The position numbers were made by a program, and so were the translations under genes. The notes below the pieces were generated by a model, which saw only the letters and a program-made list of their open reading frames with translations, ran no database searches and had not been told where the DNA came from. Shown here in pieces: positions 10,226 through 20,861 of a stretch of DNA of 64,000 bases; the stretch's first letter is position 1; each line of letters starts with the position of its first letter. The DNA lies in the NCBI GenBank assembly GCA_963812015.1, contig CAWETI010000002.1, positions 512,001 through 576,000 of the forward strand, read 5' to 3'. Source of the stretch: an uncultured delta proteobacterium. GTDB lineage: Bacteria; Desulfobacterota; Desulfobaccia; Desulfobaccales; 0-14-0-80-60-11.

Positions 10226-11584
10226 TCAGCTCAACATAGTCCGGAGCCCCTGGGCCAAATCCTGGGCCACCTGATGGATCAACTGCTCATCCTCACCTTC
10301 GGTCATGATGCGCAATTTGGGCTCCGTTCCGGAGTAGCGCACCAGCAGCCTGCCTTTGGCCCCCAGGCGTTTTTCGGCCTCCTGAATGGCATGGCGGGCC
10401 TGGGGCAGGGTCTTCAGGTCTTTTCTCTCCTTGACCATGACATTGATGAGGGTCTGGGGGCATTTCTGGACAAAGGCGGCCAGTTCGGCCAGGGGCCTTT
10501 CTTTGCGCAGCATCACGGCCAGCAGCCTGAGAGCCGTGAGTATGCCGTCCCCCGTGGTGGTGTGGTTCAGGAACACCACGTGGCCGGACTGCTCCCCCCC
10601 GAGATTATAGCCGCCTTTGAGCATGGCTTCCACCACGTAGCGGTCACCCACGGGGGTCCGGAGAAGGCGAATCCCCCTGGCTTTCAAAGCCAGCTCCAGC
10701 CCCAGGTTAGACATGACGGTGCCCACCACGGTCTTGCGCCGCAACTTTTCCCGCTCCATCAGATCCAGGGCGCAGATCCCCAGGATGTGGTCGCCGTCCA
10801 CGATTGCGCCCCGATGATCCACCATGATGACGCGGTCGCCATCCCCGTCAAAGGCGATGCCCAGATCGGCCCCGTGGCGTTTTACCAGGGTGGCCATGGT
10901 CTCGGGATGGGTGGCGCCGCACTTATGGTTGATGTTCCTGCCGTTGGGCCTTACCCCCATGGGGATCACCTCGGCCCCCAACTCGGTGAAGATCTCCGGG
11001 GCAATCCGGTAGGTGGCCCCGTGGGCGCAGTCCACCACGATCTGCAATCCATCCAGCTCCATTTCCTTGGGAAAGGTGGATTTCAGAAACGAGATATAGC
11101 GGCCCCGGGCATCGTCGATGCGAAAGGCCTGGCCCACCTCGGTGGCGGTGGGACAGGCCCCCTCCACCTCCGGTTGGGTCATGAGGTCCTCGATGCGGGC
11201 CTCCAACTCGTCGGGGAGCTTGAAGCCGTTGGCGGAAAAAAACTTGATGCCGTTGTCCTGGTAAGGGTTGTGGGAGGCGGAAATGACCACCCCGGCGTCG
11301 GCCCGCATGGAGGAAGTGATATAGGCGATGCCGGGAGTAGGAAACGGTCCGAGCAGCAAGACATCCACCCCCATGGAGCAGATGCCCGCCACCGTGGCGT
11401 ATTCCAAAAGATAGCCCGAAATCCGGGTGTCTTTGCCCACGACGATGCGGTGCCGCCCCGTCCCGAACTTGATGACGTAGGCCAGGGCCCTTCCTAATTG
11501 CAGGGCCACTTCGGCGGTCATGGGATAGACATTGGCCACCCCCCGCACGCCGTCGGTGCCGAAAAGTTTACGTGTCTCCGTCAT
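10226..11584 (-). CDS. glmM: Phosphoglucosamine mutase
   Basis: [34 protein letters not shown]. Start set at MTETRK. Confidence 0.96.
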   Translation of the reverse strand: MTETRKLFGTDGVRGVANVYPMTAEVALQLGRALAYVIKFGTGRHRIVVGKDTRISGYLLEYATVAGICSMGVDVLLLGPFPTPGIAYITSSMRADAGVVISASHNPYQDNGIKFFSANGFKLPDELEARIEDLMTQPEVEGACPTATEVGQAFRIDDARGRYISFLKSTFPKEMELDGLQIVVDCAHGATYRIAPEIFTELGAEVIPMGVRPNGRNINHKCGATHPETMATLVKRHGADLGIAFDGDGDRVIMVDHRGAIVDGDHILGICALDLMEREKLRRKTVVGTVMSNLGLELALKARGIRLLRTPVGDRYVVEAMLKGGYNLGGEQSGHVVFLNHTTTGDGILTALRLLAVMLRKERPLAELAAFVQKCPQTLINVMVKERKDLKTLPQARHAIQEAEKRLGAKGRLLVRYSGTEPKLRIMTEGEDEQLIHQVAQDLAQGLRTMLS

Positions 11585-11723
11585 GCTTGGGTTGCTCCAG
11601 TTAACGCAGCTTGAGAGCGTCTTACTTGATTCGTCATTTTTTACCACAATTTACGGCAAATAACACTATCCGCGCCCCTTCTCAGGCTAACCGGGCCGTT
11701 ACGCCGGTAAACTCCAGGGCCCC

Positions 11724-11927
11724 TCAGTCCGCCTCCTCCCAGTGGATGCACTGGGCCGGACACTGGTCAATGGCCAGCTGGATCTGGTCTTCCGGGGCGC
11801 CCTTGGGGTTAATGACTTCGGAATGCCCTAAAGACTCATTGAGGCGGAAAACCCCGGGGCAGACCGCCTCGCAGTTGCCGCAGGCGATGCACGCGTCGGT
11901 ATCGATCACCGGAACCTGGTTTGCCAT
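11724..11927 (-). CDS. Single-cluster ferredoxin
   Basis: CIACGNC...CP plus distal CP; RBS AAAGGA. Confidence 0.9.
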   Translation of the reverse strand: MANQVPVIDTDACIACGNCEAVCPGVFRLNESLGHSEVINPKGAPEDQIQLAIDQCPAQCIHWEEAD

Positions 11928-11976
11928 GGTAAATCCTTTCTTGATTGGATGACAATGACCTTTTCGGCAGTGGAGG

Positions 11977-12297
11977 TTAGATAGGCGGCGCGATGGTGAC
12001 CAGGAGGCGCAAATCGGTTCTGGCCCTCAACCCATGGGGTTCAGCGATGTCTGAGATCACCACATCTCCCGGTTTGGCCGGAAAGGAGGCGCCATCCTTG
12101 CCCAGAAACTCCCCTTCCCCTTCGATGATCACCAAACTCAACTGACCTTCGATGTCATGGGCATGCACCGGCAATTCCTGGCCGGCTTTGAAGTTGAAGT
12201 TGATGATTTTAAAGTAGGGAGAGTCGTGCACCAGTAATTTTTTTAAGGCCTTGTCGCTAAACTCCCCGGCTTCAAAGAGGTTGATCTTTTTCATCAT
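11977..12297 (-). CDS. Cupin-domain protein
   Basis: PVHAH...EGEG...EPHG cupin motifs. Confidence 0.85.
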   Translation of the reverse strand: MMKKINLFEAGEFSDKALKKLLVHDSPYFKIINFNFKAGQELPVHAHDIEGQLSLVIIEGEGEFLGKDGASFPAKPGDVVISDIAEPHGLRARTDLRLLVTIAPPI

Positions 12298-12324
12298 GAC
12301 TCCTGGCTCATCGGTAGCCCCGGG

Positions 12325-12531
12325 TTAGGCCGGCTCGTCGGCCCAGTGGATACACTGGACCGGGCAGGCGTCCATGGCCTCCTGGATCTTGTCATCCGGC
12401 GCTCCCGAGGGGTTCATCACCTGGGCGAATCCCAGGGTCTCGTTCACCGAAAAGACCTCAGGGCATAGTTCCTCACAGGTCCCGCAGGCGATGCATTCGT
12501 CTTCCACGACGTAAGGGACGTGGTCTGCCAA
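12325..12531 (-). CDS. Single-cluster ferredoxin (TTG start)
   Basis: CIACGTC...CP plus distal CP; strong RBS GGAGG; paralog of 11724-11927. Confidence 0.9.
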   Translation of the reverse strand: MADHVPYVVEDECIACGTCEELCPEVFSVNETLGFAQVMNPSGAPDDKIQEAMDACPVQCIHWADEPA

Positions 12532-12587
12532 CTTTTTTTATCCTCCCCTTCTCGCGCTCCTTCACCAGGAAAGGAGCATGATGATGA

Positions 12588-15302
12588 TCAACCGGTGGCG
12601 GCCGCGGCACTGCAGGCCGGCCGCAACTCGGCTCCCTGGAGGGCCATCTCGACCCGATAGGTCCCGCCCTCGATATCTTTCCGCAGAGTAAAGCCCAGGC
12701 GCTTCACCATCTCCAACATCGGCTGATTCTGGGCCAGGACATCGCCCTGGAGGCGCTTCACCCCCTGCTCCCGGGCGATTTCGGTGATCCGCTCCACCAG
12801 TTTGGGGCCCAGCCCCTTGCCCTGCCAGGGGTCCGCCACGATCACCGCGAATTCCGCCATGGACCGGTCCGTCGTCATCACCATGCGGCTCACCCCCATC
12901 ATGATTTCCGGACCTGGCGGCTGGCCGATGGCCATCAAGCCGAGTTCCCGGTCGTAATCGTTCTGGGTGAAGCGGATGAGCATTTCATGGGTCCACTTTT
13001 TGATCAGCTTGAAGTAACGGAAAAAAATGGTCTCTTCCGAACATTTGCCGAGAAAATCGGATACCAGGGGTTCGTCTTCCGGTTTCATGGGACGCAGCAG
13101 CACCGGAGTGCCGTCCCGGAGCATCCAATGGCTTTCGTACTGGTTGGGATAGGGGGCGATGATGAGGTGGCGGGGCGGCGGGACGTCAGTGGGGTTGACG
13201 ATGAGGCGGGCGTCCACCGCCACAAACCGGCCATTAACGACTAACAGGGGGTTGATGTCCAGCTCCACGATCTCCGGGAAATCCGTGACCAGTTGGGAAA
13301 TACGCACCAAAATCTCCGCCAGCATATCCAGGTCGGCGGGGGGGGCGTTGCGATAGCCCCGGAGCACCTGGGACACCCGGGTTTTTTCAATCAACCGCCG
13401 GGCCAGGAGGAAGTTCAAGGGGGGCAGGTCCACGGCCGAGTCCTCGATCACCTCGGTGAAGACCCCGCCGGCCCCGAAGAGGATAAGGGGACCGAAATCC
13501 GGGTCCCGTTTGCTGCCGATGATCAGTTCGCAGGTGGGTTTCGGTTCCTGGGTCTGGACCGTGACCCCTAAGATGGTGGCGTCGGGCCTGGAGGCCCGGA
13601 CCGCCGTGACGATCTCTGCGTAGGCCGCCGCCACCTCCCGCTCGTTCTGGAGATTGAAGCGCACCCCGTTGACGTCGGACTTGTGGCTGACCTCCGGGGA
13701 ATTTATCTTCAGCGCCACGGGAAAGCCCATGACCTGGGCCACCTTGGCGGCATCGGCGCCGGAAGACGCCGCCACCGTGGGGTTTACCGGGATGCCGTAG
13801 GCGCTCAAAATAGCCTTGGATTCCAGTTCCGTCAAAATTCCCCCCTGGCGCTCCAGGCACTGGGAGAGAAAAGTCCTGGCCTGCCGGGTATTCACGCTCA
13901 CGTCTTGGGTCAACCGGGGCGGGGTTTCCTGCAAGAGCTGCAGGTGCCGGGAGTAGAAATACATTTCCATGAAGGTGTCCACCGCCTGCTCTGGGGTCTC
14001 AAAGGTGGGGATGCCGGCATCATTGAGGATCTGGCGCCCGTCTTCCACGTCGGCGCCCCCCATCCACACCGCGAACACCGGCCGCCCCTTGGCGCGGATC
14101 TCCGGCGCCAGGGCCTGGGCCACCTCGGTGGGGTCGATCATAACCTGGGGGGACAATATGATCACCAGACCCGAGAGTTCCGGGGCCGCCATGGCCACCT
14201 GCACCGCCTTCAGGTAACGTTCCGGCGAGGCGTCGCCCTGGATGTCGATGGGATTGCCCCGGCTCCAATAGGGCGGCAGGAATTCATCCAATTTTTTAAG
14301 GGTCTCCGGGGACAGGGTCGCCGGTTCCAGGTTCCAACGCCCCAGGGCATCCACCGCCATGACTCCCGGGCCGCCGGCGTTGCTGATGATGCCCAGGTTC
14401 CCGCCGGTGGGGCGCTTCACCTTCCCCAGGGCTTCGGCGCAATCGAAGAGCTGGCTGATGGTGTCCACCCGGATGATCCCGGCCCGCCGGAAGGCGGCGG
14501 AGTAAGCCCGGTCCGACCCGGCCATGGCCCCAGTGTGGGAGGCCGCCGCCTGGGCCCCGGCCTGGCTGCGTCCGGCCTTAATGACGATGATGGGTTTGAC
14601 CCGGGACACGGAGCGGGCCGCGCTCATAAATTTACGGTGCTGGGTCAGGTTCTCCATGTAAATAACGATGCTCTTGGCCCGTTCCTCATTGCCCAGGTAA
14701 TCGATCAGGTCGCCGAAATCTATATCGGCCATGGACCCCACGCTGATGAAGTGGCTGAAGCCGATCTTCTTGGGGATGGCCCATCCCAGGATGGATCTGC
14801 ACAGGGCGCCGCTCTGGGAGATGAAGGCCAGGTTGCCCGGTTGGGCGCAGAGGGGCGCAAAACTGGCGTGTAACTTGGAGGACGGGCAGAGGAGGCCCAT
14901 ACAATTGGGCCCCAGATAGCGTATGCCTGCTTTGGTGGCCTCTTCTTTGATGGCGGCTTCGATCTCTTTGCCCGGCGGCCCCGCCTCTTTGCCGCCGGCG
15001 GAGATGATGATGGCGGCGCCTATCCCGGCCTGGCCGCACTCCCGCATGGCGCTGGGCACGTCCTTGATGGGAATGGCAATGATGGCCAGATCGATGGGCT
15101 CCTTGACTTCGGTGACCAGGGGATAAGCGCGCAGCCCCTGGATTTCCTGGTACTTGCGGTTAACCGCATAAATCTGGCCCGGAAAGCCGTCCCGGAGGAG
15201 ATTGCGCACCAGGGCCTCGCCGATAGTCTTTTCCTTCTCGCTGGCCCCGATCACCGCCACCGATTCCGGTTTAAAAAATGGATCCAGGGTAGACTTGCGC
15301 AT
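12588..15302 (-). CDS. Bifunctional NDP-forming acyl-CoA ligase / GNAT acetyltransferase (Pat-like)
   Basis: CoA-binding domain (GPNCMG, SQSGA), SHTGA, ATP-grasp (HKSDV, ELDINP), C-terminal GNAT (WQGKGLG). Confidence 0.92.
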   Translation of the reverse strand: MRKSTLDPFFKPESVAVIGASEKEKTIGEALVRNLLRDGFPGQIYAVNRKYQEIQGLRAYPLVTEVKEPIDLAIIAIPIKDVPSAMRECGQAGIGAAIIISAGGKEAGPPGKEIEAAIKEEATKAGIRYLGPNCMGLLCPSSKLHASFAPLCAQPGNLAFISQSGALCRSILGWAIPKKIGFSHFISVGSMADIDFGDLIDYLGNEERAKSIVIYMENLTQHRKFMSAARSVSRVKPIIVIKAGRSQAGAQAAASHTGAMAGSDRAYSAAFRRAGIIRVDTISQLFDCAEALGKVKRPTGGNLGIISNAGGPGVMAVDALGRWNLEPATLSPETLKKLDEFLPPYWSRGNPIDIQGDASPERYLKAVQVAMAAPELSGLVIILSPQVMIDPTEVAQALAPEIRAKGRPVFAVWMGGADVEDGRQILNDAGIPTFETPEQAVDTFMEMYFYSRHLQLLQETPPRLTQDVSVNTRQARTFLSQCLERQGGILTELESKAILSAYGIPVNPTVAASSGADAAKVAQVMGFPVALKINSPEVSHKSDVNGVRFNLQNEREVAAAYAEIVTAVRASRPDATILGVTVQTQEPKPTCELIIGSKRDPDFGPLILFGAGGVFTEVIEDSAVDLPPLNFLLARRLIEKTRVSQVLRGYRNAPPADLDMLAEILVRISQLVTDFPEIVELDINPLLVVNGRFVAVDARLIVNPTDVPPPRHLIIAPYPNQYESHWMLRDGTPVLLRPMKPEDEPLVSDFLGKCSEETIFFRYFKLIKKWTHEMLIRFTQNDYDRELGLMAIGQPPGPEIMMGVSRMVMTTDRSMAEFAVIVADPWQGKGLGPKLVERITEIAREQGVKRLQGDVLAQNQPMLEMVKRLGFTLRKDIEGGTYRVEMALQGAELRPACSAAAATG

Positions 15303-15306
15303 GGCC

Positions 15307-16065
15307 TTATCCTTTGTCGGTTAAAATAGTCAATGGCAGGGTTCGCTGCCGCCCAGGGCAGGGGTGTCCGTCACCGTAAAAGACCGTTACTTGGTGGCGC
15401 CGGGAGCCGGTCCGCCCCCGGCCATACCGGGATAGGGCCGGGGAAACCCGGTGAGGCAGGGTCTCCCAGTCCTCCCGGGCCCCGGTGGCGCCGCCGCCGG
15501 CTTCACCAATGATGATAAGATAATGCAGAAATGGCGTTTGGCAAAGGGGCGCCACGGATTGTCCCGGCGGGGGCCAGGCATAGAGCCCCACTTGCGGCCG
15601 GAATTCACGGAGGGCGGCCAGGGCGTCGCCCCGCTCAACCCCGGGATAGATCGGCAGGCCCGAGACGAACTCGCCCTCCCCCCGGTCCACGGCCCGGAAG
15701 GCGATGCCGGCGGCGGCGCACCAGGGGGCCAGGGCGGCGGTGAGGTAGCCCCGGCCGGCCCCGACCTCCAGGAACCGGGTCACCCGTAAGCGTTTGAGGT
15801 AACGCATCAGGATCGCGACCCACTCCCGGGACGGGAAGAAATAGACCCCGGTGGCCCAGGACAGGGCCATGAGCCAGGCCGCTTCGTCCGGGACCCCGGC
15901 GGTGAGCTCCTGCCAGCGGGCCTCCGGGAGGAGGTGGTCCAGGGGGCCTGCCCCCGGGTCCGGCAGGTGCACCAGGCCCCGGGCAAACTGCTCGAACGTC
16001 TGGTGTTCCCGAAAGCTTAGGCCGGATTGCCCGGTGTTCTGCCCACGCAAACCCATGGTCTCCAC
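15307..16065 (-). CDS. Hypothetical SAM-dependent methyltransferase-like protein
   Basis: LEVGAGRG motif I and YAWPP; ends 4 bp before the acyl-CoA ligase start. Confidence 0.65.
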   Translation of the reverse strand: METMGLRGQNTGQSGLSFREHQTFEQFARGLVHLPDPGAGPLDHLLPEARWQELTAGVPDEAAWLMALSWATGVYFFPSREWVAILMRYLKRLRVTRFLEVGAGRGYLTAALAPWCAAAGIAFRAVDRGEGEFVSGLPIYPGVERGDALAALREFRPQVGLYAWPPPGQSVAPLCQTPFLHYLIIIGEAGGGATGAREDWETLPHRVSPALSRYGRGRTGSRRHQVTVFYGDGHPCPGRQRTLPLTILTDKG

Positions 16066-16313
16066 CTCAGACTAGATCGCAATCGAACCAGCGGCACAGA
16101 CTAAGGCCTGCGGCTGCAAAAAACAACCTTTTGATTACACCTCGATTTAAGACCTCGGAACCATCAGAATCAACCCCCGCCGCCGGTGGCGGGCCGGGAC
16201 GGCTCCATGGGCCCTGTAACCATAATATATTACCCCGGCGCAGCGTTTTCGCCCACTGAATATCCATCGCCGGTCGGGTATTGGCCTGAAAATAATGGGG
16301 AGCCAGGGACTGC

Positions 16314-16393
16314 CTAACAAAATGCTAACCATGCAGGCGCGTAAATAAAGGGCCAGCCGCTTTTCACTTGAAGTTTCTAACATTTTAGCAATA
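16314..16393 (+). promoter_or_regulatory. Putative Pho-box-like direct repeats upstream of pstS
   Basis: CTAACA (16314) and CTAACC (16325); CTAACA (16377) and GCAATA (16388). Both pairs have 11-bp spacing. Confidence 0.45.
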
Positions 16394-16458
16394 ATAGGAA
16401 TGATCCTGCCAAATGATTTCTAGGGTTAGATTCTAACTGAACATCACCTAGCGAAACC

Positions 16459-17397
16459 ATGCCGCATCCCGCTCAGGCACCGACAGAACCTCAGGGCTCC
16501 AGCCCTGCCAAAACCTTGAAGGGTTACGGGGCCGCCGCGGGCCCCGGGGGTCACGCGGCTTCGGGGCCTTGTGGCCGACGCCGGTGGAGGGGACCGGCCC
16601 GGATTGCGGCCCTCCTCATTATTCTACTGGGCATCATCCTGGGGGGCGGGGGCTGCAACTCCTCCCAGACCACCGGCCGCCCCTTGTGCATCGCCGGGTC
16701 CACCTCGGTGCAGCCCTTCGCGGAAAAATTGGCGGAGATCTACATGCAGCGGCACCCCGGGGCCCGCATCGATGTGCAGGGCGGCGGTTCCAGTGCCGGC
16801 ATCTATGCCGCCACCCATGGGGCCGCGGACCTGGGGGCTTCGTCCCGGGAGCTGTTGGGCGAGGAAAGAAAACTCACAGAGATCCCCATCGCCTTTGACG
16901 GCATTGCGGTCATCGTCCACCCCAGCAATCCCCTGACTAATATCACCCTGGCGGAGATCCGCGCCATCTTCAGCGGGGCCGTGAATAATTGGCGCGCCCT
17001 GGGATTGCCGCCCCATGGCATCGACCTGATCACCCGGGAAGAGGGCTCCGGCACCCGGGAGGCCTTCGAACACCTGGTCATGGGCAAACAGGAGATCACC
17101 CCCGCCGCCCTGGTCCAGGACTCCAACGGTTCGGTGCGGGAGATTGTCGCCGGCGACCCCCATTCCCTGGGCTACATCTCGGCCGGCCTGGTGGACCATC
17201 GGGTCAAGGCGTTGGCCATCGACGGCGTCCTCCCCACCCGGGAAAACATCAAAACCCATGCCTATAAACTGGTGCGCCGCTTCCTGCTGGTGGCTCGGCT
17301 GGCGCCGGCGGGTTCGTGCCAGGCCTTCGTGGATTTCGTCCTGGGCCCCAATGGCCAGAAGATCCTCGAATCCGAAGGCCTGGTGGGGGTGGATTGA
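16459..17397 (+). CDS. pstS: Phosphate ABC transporter substrate-binding lipoprotein (start uncertain)
   Basis: Lipobox-like GGGC, AGSTSV, GGGSSAG, REEGSGTR; heads the pst operon. Confidence 0.9.
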   Translation: MPHPAQAPTEPQGSSPAKTLKGYGAAAGPGGHAASGPCGRRRWRGPARIAALLIILLGIILGGGGCNSSQTTGRPLCIAGSTSVQPFAEKLAEIYMQRHPGARIDVQGGGSSAGIYAATHGAADLGASSRELLGEERKLTEIPIAFDGIAVIVHPSNPLTNITLAEIRAIFSGAVNNWRALGLPPHGIDLITREEGSGTREAFEHLVMGKQEITPAALVQDSNGSVREIVAGDPHSLGYISAGLVDHRVKALAIDGVLPTRENIKTHAYKLVRRFLLVARLAPAGSCQAFVDFVLGPNGQKILESEGLVGVD

Positions 17398-18236
17398 TGC
17401 ACCGGGAGAAATTCATCGAACGCGTCCTCCTGCTCCTGGCCCTGTCTTCCATCGGCTCTCTGGCCCTCATCACCATCTTCATCTTCCTGGAGGGTTTCCC
17501 CCTCATCCTCTCCGTGGGGCTGAAAAACTTCATTTTGTCAAGCCACTGGGCCCCCACCAAGGGCCACTTCGGCATCCTGGCCATGATCATCTCCTCGGTC
17601 CTGGTCACCCTGGGGGCCATGGTCATCGGGGTGCCCCTGGGCCTGTCCTGCGCCATTGTACTGGCGGAGTTTTCCCCCAAGCGCCTCAAGATGGTGTTGA
17701 AGCCCACCCTGGAACTTTTGGCCGGCATTCCTTCGGTGGTGTATGGTTTTCTGGGGGTCATCTTCCTGGTGCCCCTCATTCGCAACTACCTGGGCGGCCC
17801 CGGGCTGTCGCTGCTGGCCGCGTCCATCATCCTGGGCATCATGATTCTCCCCACGATTATCAGCATCTCCATCGACGCCCTCACCGCGGTCCCGGACCTC
17901 TACCGGGACGGCTCCCTGGCCCTGGGGGCCACCCGGTGGCAGACGGTGAGCCGGGTGGTGCTGCCCGCGGCCTCCTCCGGGATCATCACCGCCATCATTC
18001 TGGGGATGGGCCGGGCCATCGGTGAGACCATGGCGGTGATCATGGTAGCCGGCAACGCCCTCCAGATCCCCACTTCCGTTCTGGACCCGGTGCGCACTCT
18101 GACCAGCAATATCGCCCTGGAGCTGGGCTACGCCGCCGGCCGGCACCGGGAGGCCCTGTTCGCCACCGGCATCGTGTTGTTCGTCATCATCATGATCCTG
18201 AATCTGAGCGCCACCCTCATCACCCGGCGGCGGTAG
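17397..18236 (+). CDS. pstC: Phosphate ABC transporter permease PstC
   Basis: ELLAGIPSVVYG, GRAIGETMAV; TGATG overlap with pstS. Confidence 0.95.
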   Translation: MHREKFIERVLLLLALSSIGSLALITIFIFLEGFPLILSVGLKNFILSSHWAPTKGHFGILAMIISSVLVTLGAMVIGVPLGLSCAIVLAEFSPKRLKMVLKPTLELLAGIPSVVYGFLGVIFLVPLIRNYLGGPGLSLLAASIILGIMILPTIISISIDALTAVPDLYRDGSLALGATRWQTVSRVVLPAASSGIITAIILGMGRAIGETMAVIMVAGNALQIPTSVLDPVRTLTSNIALELGYAAGRHREALFATGIVLFVIIMILNLSATLITRRR

Positions 18237-18338
18237 GGAGGACGGTTCCCAGTTTTTGGTTTTCGGCAAAAGCAGATGGAATCTCAATGAGTGAGATATT
18301 TGATTCGCAGTAGATAAAAGGCAAAATGGTATAAGTTC

Positions 18339-19175
18339 GTGCGACTCGATCCCCAACTCACCCAGCGCCTGGTCAAAGCCCTGCTCTGGACCTTTACCGG
18401 CTTCACCCTGCTGATCCTGGTCTTTATCATCGTGGACATTTCCGTGAAGGGGCTACCCCAGGTCACCGCGGGGTTCCTCCTCCATGACTCCACGGATATG
18501 GGACGGGCCGGCGGCATCTTCCCCACCATCGTGGCCACCGCCTACATCACCGCCCTGGCCATCCTCCTGGCCTCGCCTTTGGGGGTGGGGACTGCCATTT
18601 ACCTCACGGAGTATACCCGGGAAGGCTGGGCCACCCGGATCATCCGCTTCGGGTCCGAATGTCTGGCGGGGGTGCCCTCCATTATCCTGGGGCTCTTCGG
18701 CTTCGTCCTGTTTGTCATGAAGCTGGGCTTCGGCTGGTCGGTGCTATCCGGGGGCCTGTCCCTGGCCATCATGGTGCTGCCCATCATCATCCGCACGTCT
18801 GAAGAGGCCATCAAGTCCGTGCCCCAGGATTACCGCACCGCCTGTTATTCCCTGGGGATGAGCCAGTGGCAGACCGTCACCCGCATCGTGCTCCCCAGCG
18901 CCCTGCCGGGGATCACTACCGGCATCATGCTCAGCATCGGCCGGTCCCTGGGGGAGACCGCGGTGCTGCTGTTCACCGCCGGGGCGGCGCTCCGCACTCC
19001 CGTGTCCCTCTTTGACTCCGGCCGCACCATGGCGGTGCACTTTTACATACTGGCCCGGGAAGGCATCTCCATGCCCAACGCCTACGGCACGGCCGCAGTC
19101 CTGGTGATCTCCATCCTGGTGATCAACGTGGGGGCGTATACCCTGATGCAGCGGCTGATGCGGCGCTACTCTTGA
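18339..19175 (+). CDS. pstA: Phosphate ABC transporter permease PstA
   Basis: YLTEY, LAGVPSI, EEAIKSVP, GETAVLLFT. Confidence 0.95.
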   Translation: MRLDPQLTQRLVKALLWTFTGFTLLILVFIIVDISVKGLPQVTAGFLLHDSTDMGRAGGIFPTIVATAYITALAILLASPLGVGTAIYLTEYTREGWATRIIRFGSECLAGVPSIILGLFGFVLFVMKLGFGWSVLSGGLSLAIMVLPIIIRTSEEAIKSVPQDYRTACYSLGMSQWQTVTRIVLPSALPGITTGIMLSIGRSLGETAVLLFTAGAALRTPVSLFDSGRTMAVHFYILAREGISMPNAYGTAAVLVISILVINVGAYTLMQRLMRRYS

Positions 19176-19196
19176 GGTCGGACGGATTATAGGTTC

Positions 19197-19964
19197 ATGA
19201 CCGAAGAATCCCAAGACAAAATCCGGATTGAGGACCTGTCCTTCTTCTACGGGGCTTTTCAGGCCCTGGACCGGGTCACTCTGGCCATCCAGCCGCACGA
19301 GGTCTTCGGTCTTATGGGTCCGTCGAAGAGCGGCAAGAGCACCCTGCTCCGGGTGTTGAACCGTATGTGCGATCTTTTGGTCGGGGTCCGGATGACGGGT
19401 GGGGTCTGGCTGGACGGGGAAGATATCCTGGCCCCGGACTGTGACGTGGTAGGATTGCGTCGGCGGGTGGGGTTGGTGCTCAGCCGGCCGACGCCCCTGC
19501 CCCGCTCCATTTACGAAAATCTGGCCCTGGCCCCCCGCCTGGCCGGGCAGAAGAGCCGGGGGGAATTGGACAACCTGGTGGAGGCCAGCCTCAAGGCGGC
19601 CCAGTTGTGGGATGAAGTCAAGGACCGCCTCCGGGATTCGGCCCTGAAACTCTCCGGCGGCCAGCAGCAGCGCCTCTGCCTGGCGCGCACCCTGGCCATG
19701 GAGCCCGAAGTCATCCTGTTGGATGAGCCCACCAGCGGTTTGGACCCCATTTCCACCGCCAAAATCGAGGAGACCTTGCTCCTGCTGAAAAATGATTATA
19801 CTATCGTCCTGGTGAGCAACAACACCAAGCAGATCGCCCGGGCCACCGATCGGGTGGCCTTCCTGTTGATGAGCCGGATCATCGAGATCGGGGATACCAA
19901 CCGGGTTTTTACCGTCCCCGCCGACCGACGCACCGATGACTATATCTCAGGCCGCTTCGGATAA
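19197..19964 (+). CDS. pstB: Phosphate ABC transporter ATP-binding subunit 1 (degenerate Q- and H-loops)
   Basis: [28 protein letters not shown]-terminal YISGRFG. Confidence 0.9.
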   Translation: MTEESQDKIRIEDLSFFYGAFQALDRVTLAIQPHEVFGLMGPSKSGKSTLLRVLNRMCDLLVGVRMTGGVWLDGEDILAPDCDVVGLRRRVGLVLSRPTPLPRSIYENLALAPRLAGQKSRGELDNLVEASLKAAQLWDEVKDRLRDSALKLSGGQQQRLCLARTLAMEPEVILLDEPTSGLDPISTAKIEETLLLLKNDYTIVLVSNNTKQIARATDRVAFLLMSRIIEIGDTNRVFTVPADRRTDDYISGRFG

Positions 19965-19968
19965 TCCG

Positions 19969-20745
19969 ATGAAAGGGGACTCGGTTCCGGCCCCGGAGAT
20001 CATTGTGATCCGGGATCTCAATCTCTTTTACGGCTCTTTTCAGGCCCTGAAGGAAGTCAACGCGGCCTTTGCCCGGCAGACCATCACGGCCCTGATCGGG
20101 CCCTCGGGCTGCGGCAAATCCACCCTGCTCCGCACCCTCAACCGAATGAACGATCTCATCGAGGGGGTGCGGATCGAAGGCGAAGTCATCATTGACGGCC
20201 AGGATATTTTCGGCCCCGATGTCGTCCTCACCCAACTGCGCAAAAAGGTGGGCATGGTCTTCCAGCGTCCCAATCCTTTTCCCCTGTCCATCTTCGACAA
20301 CGTGGTCTTCGGCCCCCGCCTCCATGGTCAGCCCGGGAAAGCCGAGCTGGGGGAGATCCTGGAGCGCTCCCTCACCGCGGTGCAGATGTGGGACGAAGTC
20401 AAGGACCGCCTGAAAGTATCGGCCCTGGAACTTACGGAAGAGCAGCAGCAGCGCCTGTGCATCGCCCGGGTGTTGGCGGTGGAATCCGAGATCCTGCTGA
20501 TGGACGAGCCCTGCTCGGCCCTGGACCCCGTGGCCACCCTGCGCATCGAAGAGCTGATGCGGGAGTTGGCCAAGGACTACACCATTATCATTGTCACCCA
20601 CAACATGCAGCAGGCGGCCCGGGCCTCGGACACCTCCGGCTTCATGTACCTGGGGGAACTCATCGAAATCGGCCCCACAGGCGAGATCTTCACCCGGCCC
20701 CAGGACTCCCGGACGGAGGACTACATTACCGGGAAGTATGGGTGA
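19969..20745 (+). CDS. pstB: Phosphate ABC transporter ATP-binding subunit 2 (degenerate signature)
   Basis: [44 protein letters not shown]. Confidence 0.92.
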   Translation: MKGDSVPAPEIIVIRDLNLFYGSFQALKEVNAAFARQTITALIGPSGCGKSTLLRTLNRMNDLIEGVRIEGEVIIDGQDIFGPDVVLTQLRKKVGMVFQRPNPFPLSIFDNVVFGPRLHGQPGKAELGEILERSLTAVQMWDEVKDRLKVSALELTEEQQQRLCIARVLAVESEILLMDEPCSALDPVATLRIEELMRELAKDYTIIIVTHNMQQAARASDTSGFMYLGELIEIGPTGEIFTRPQDSRTEDYITGKYG

Positions 20746-20792
20746 TATAATAAATTTAAGCAATCGTGCGTATGACACCCCCTACAAAAACT

Positions 20793-20858
20793 TATGGGGG
20801 TGGGGGGAGGGGTTTGGGGAAGGGGCAGGGGCCGTCGGTCCCTGGCCCCCTCCCCAAA
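20793..20858 (+). repeat. G-rich hairpin repeat, copy A
   Basis: TATGGGGGTGGGGGGAGGGG leader plus TTTGGGGAAGGGGCAGGG...CCCTGGCCCCCTCCCCAAA hairpin; similar to 27114-27188 and 28144-28209. Confidence 0.7.
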
Positions 20859-20861
20859 TTA

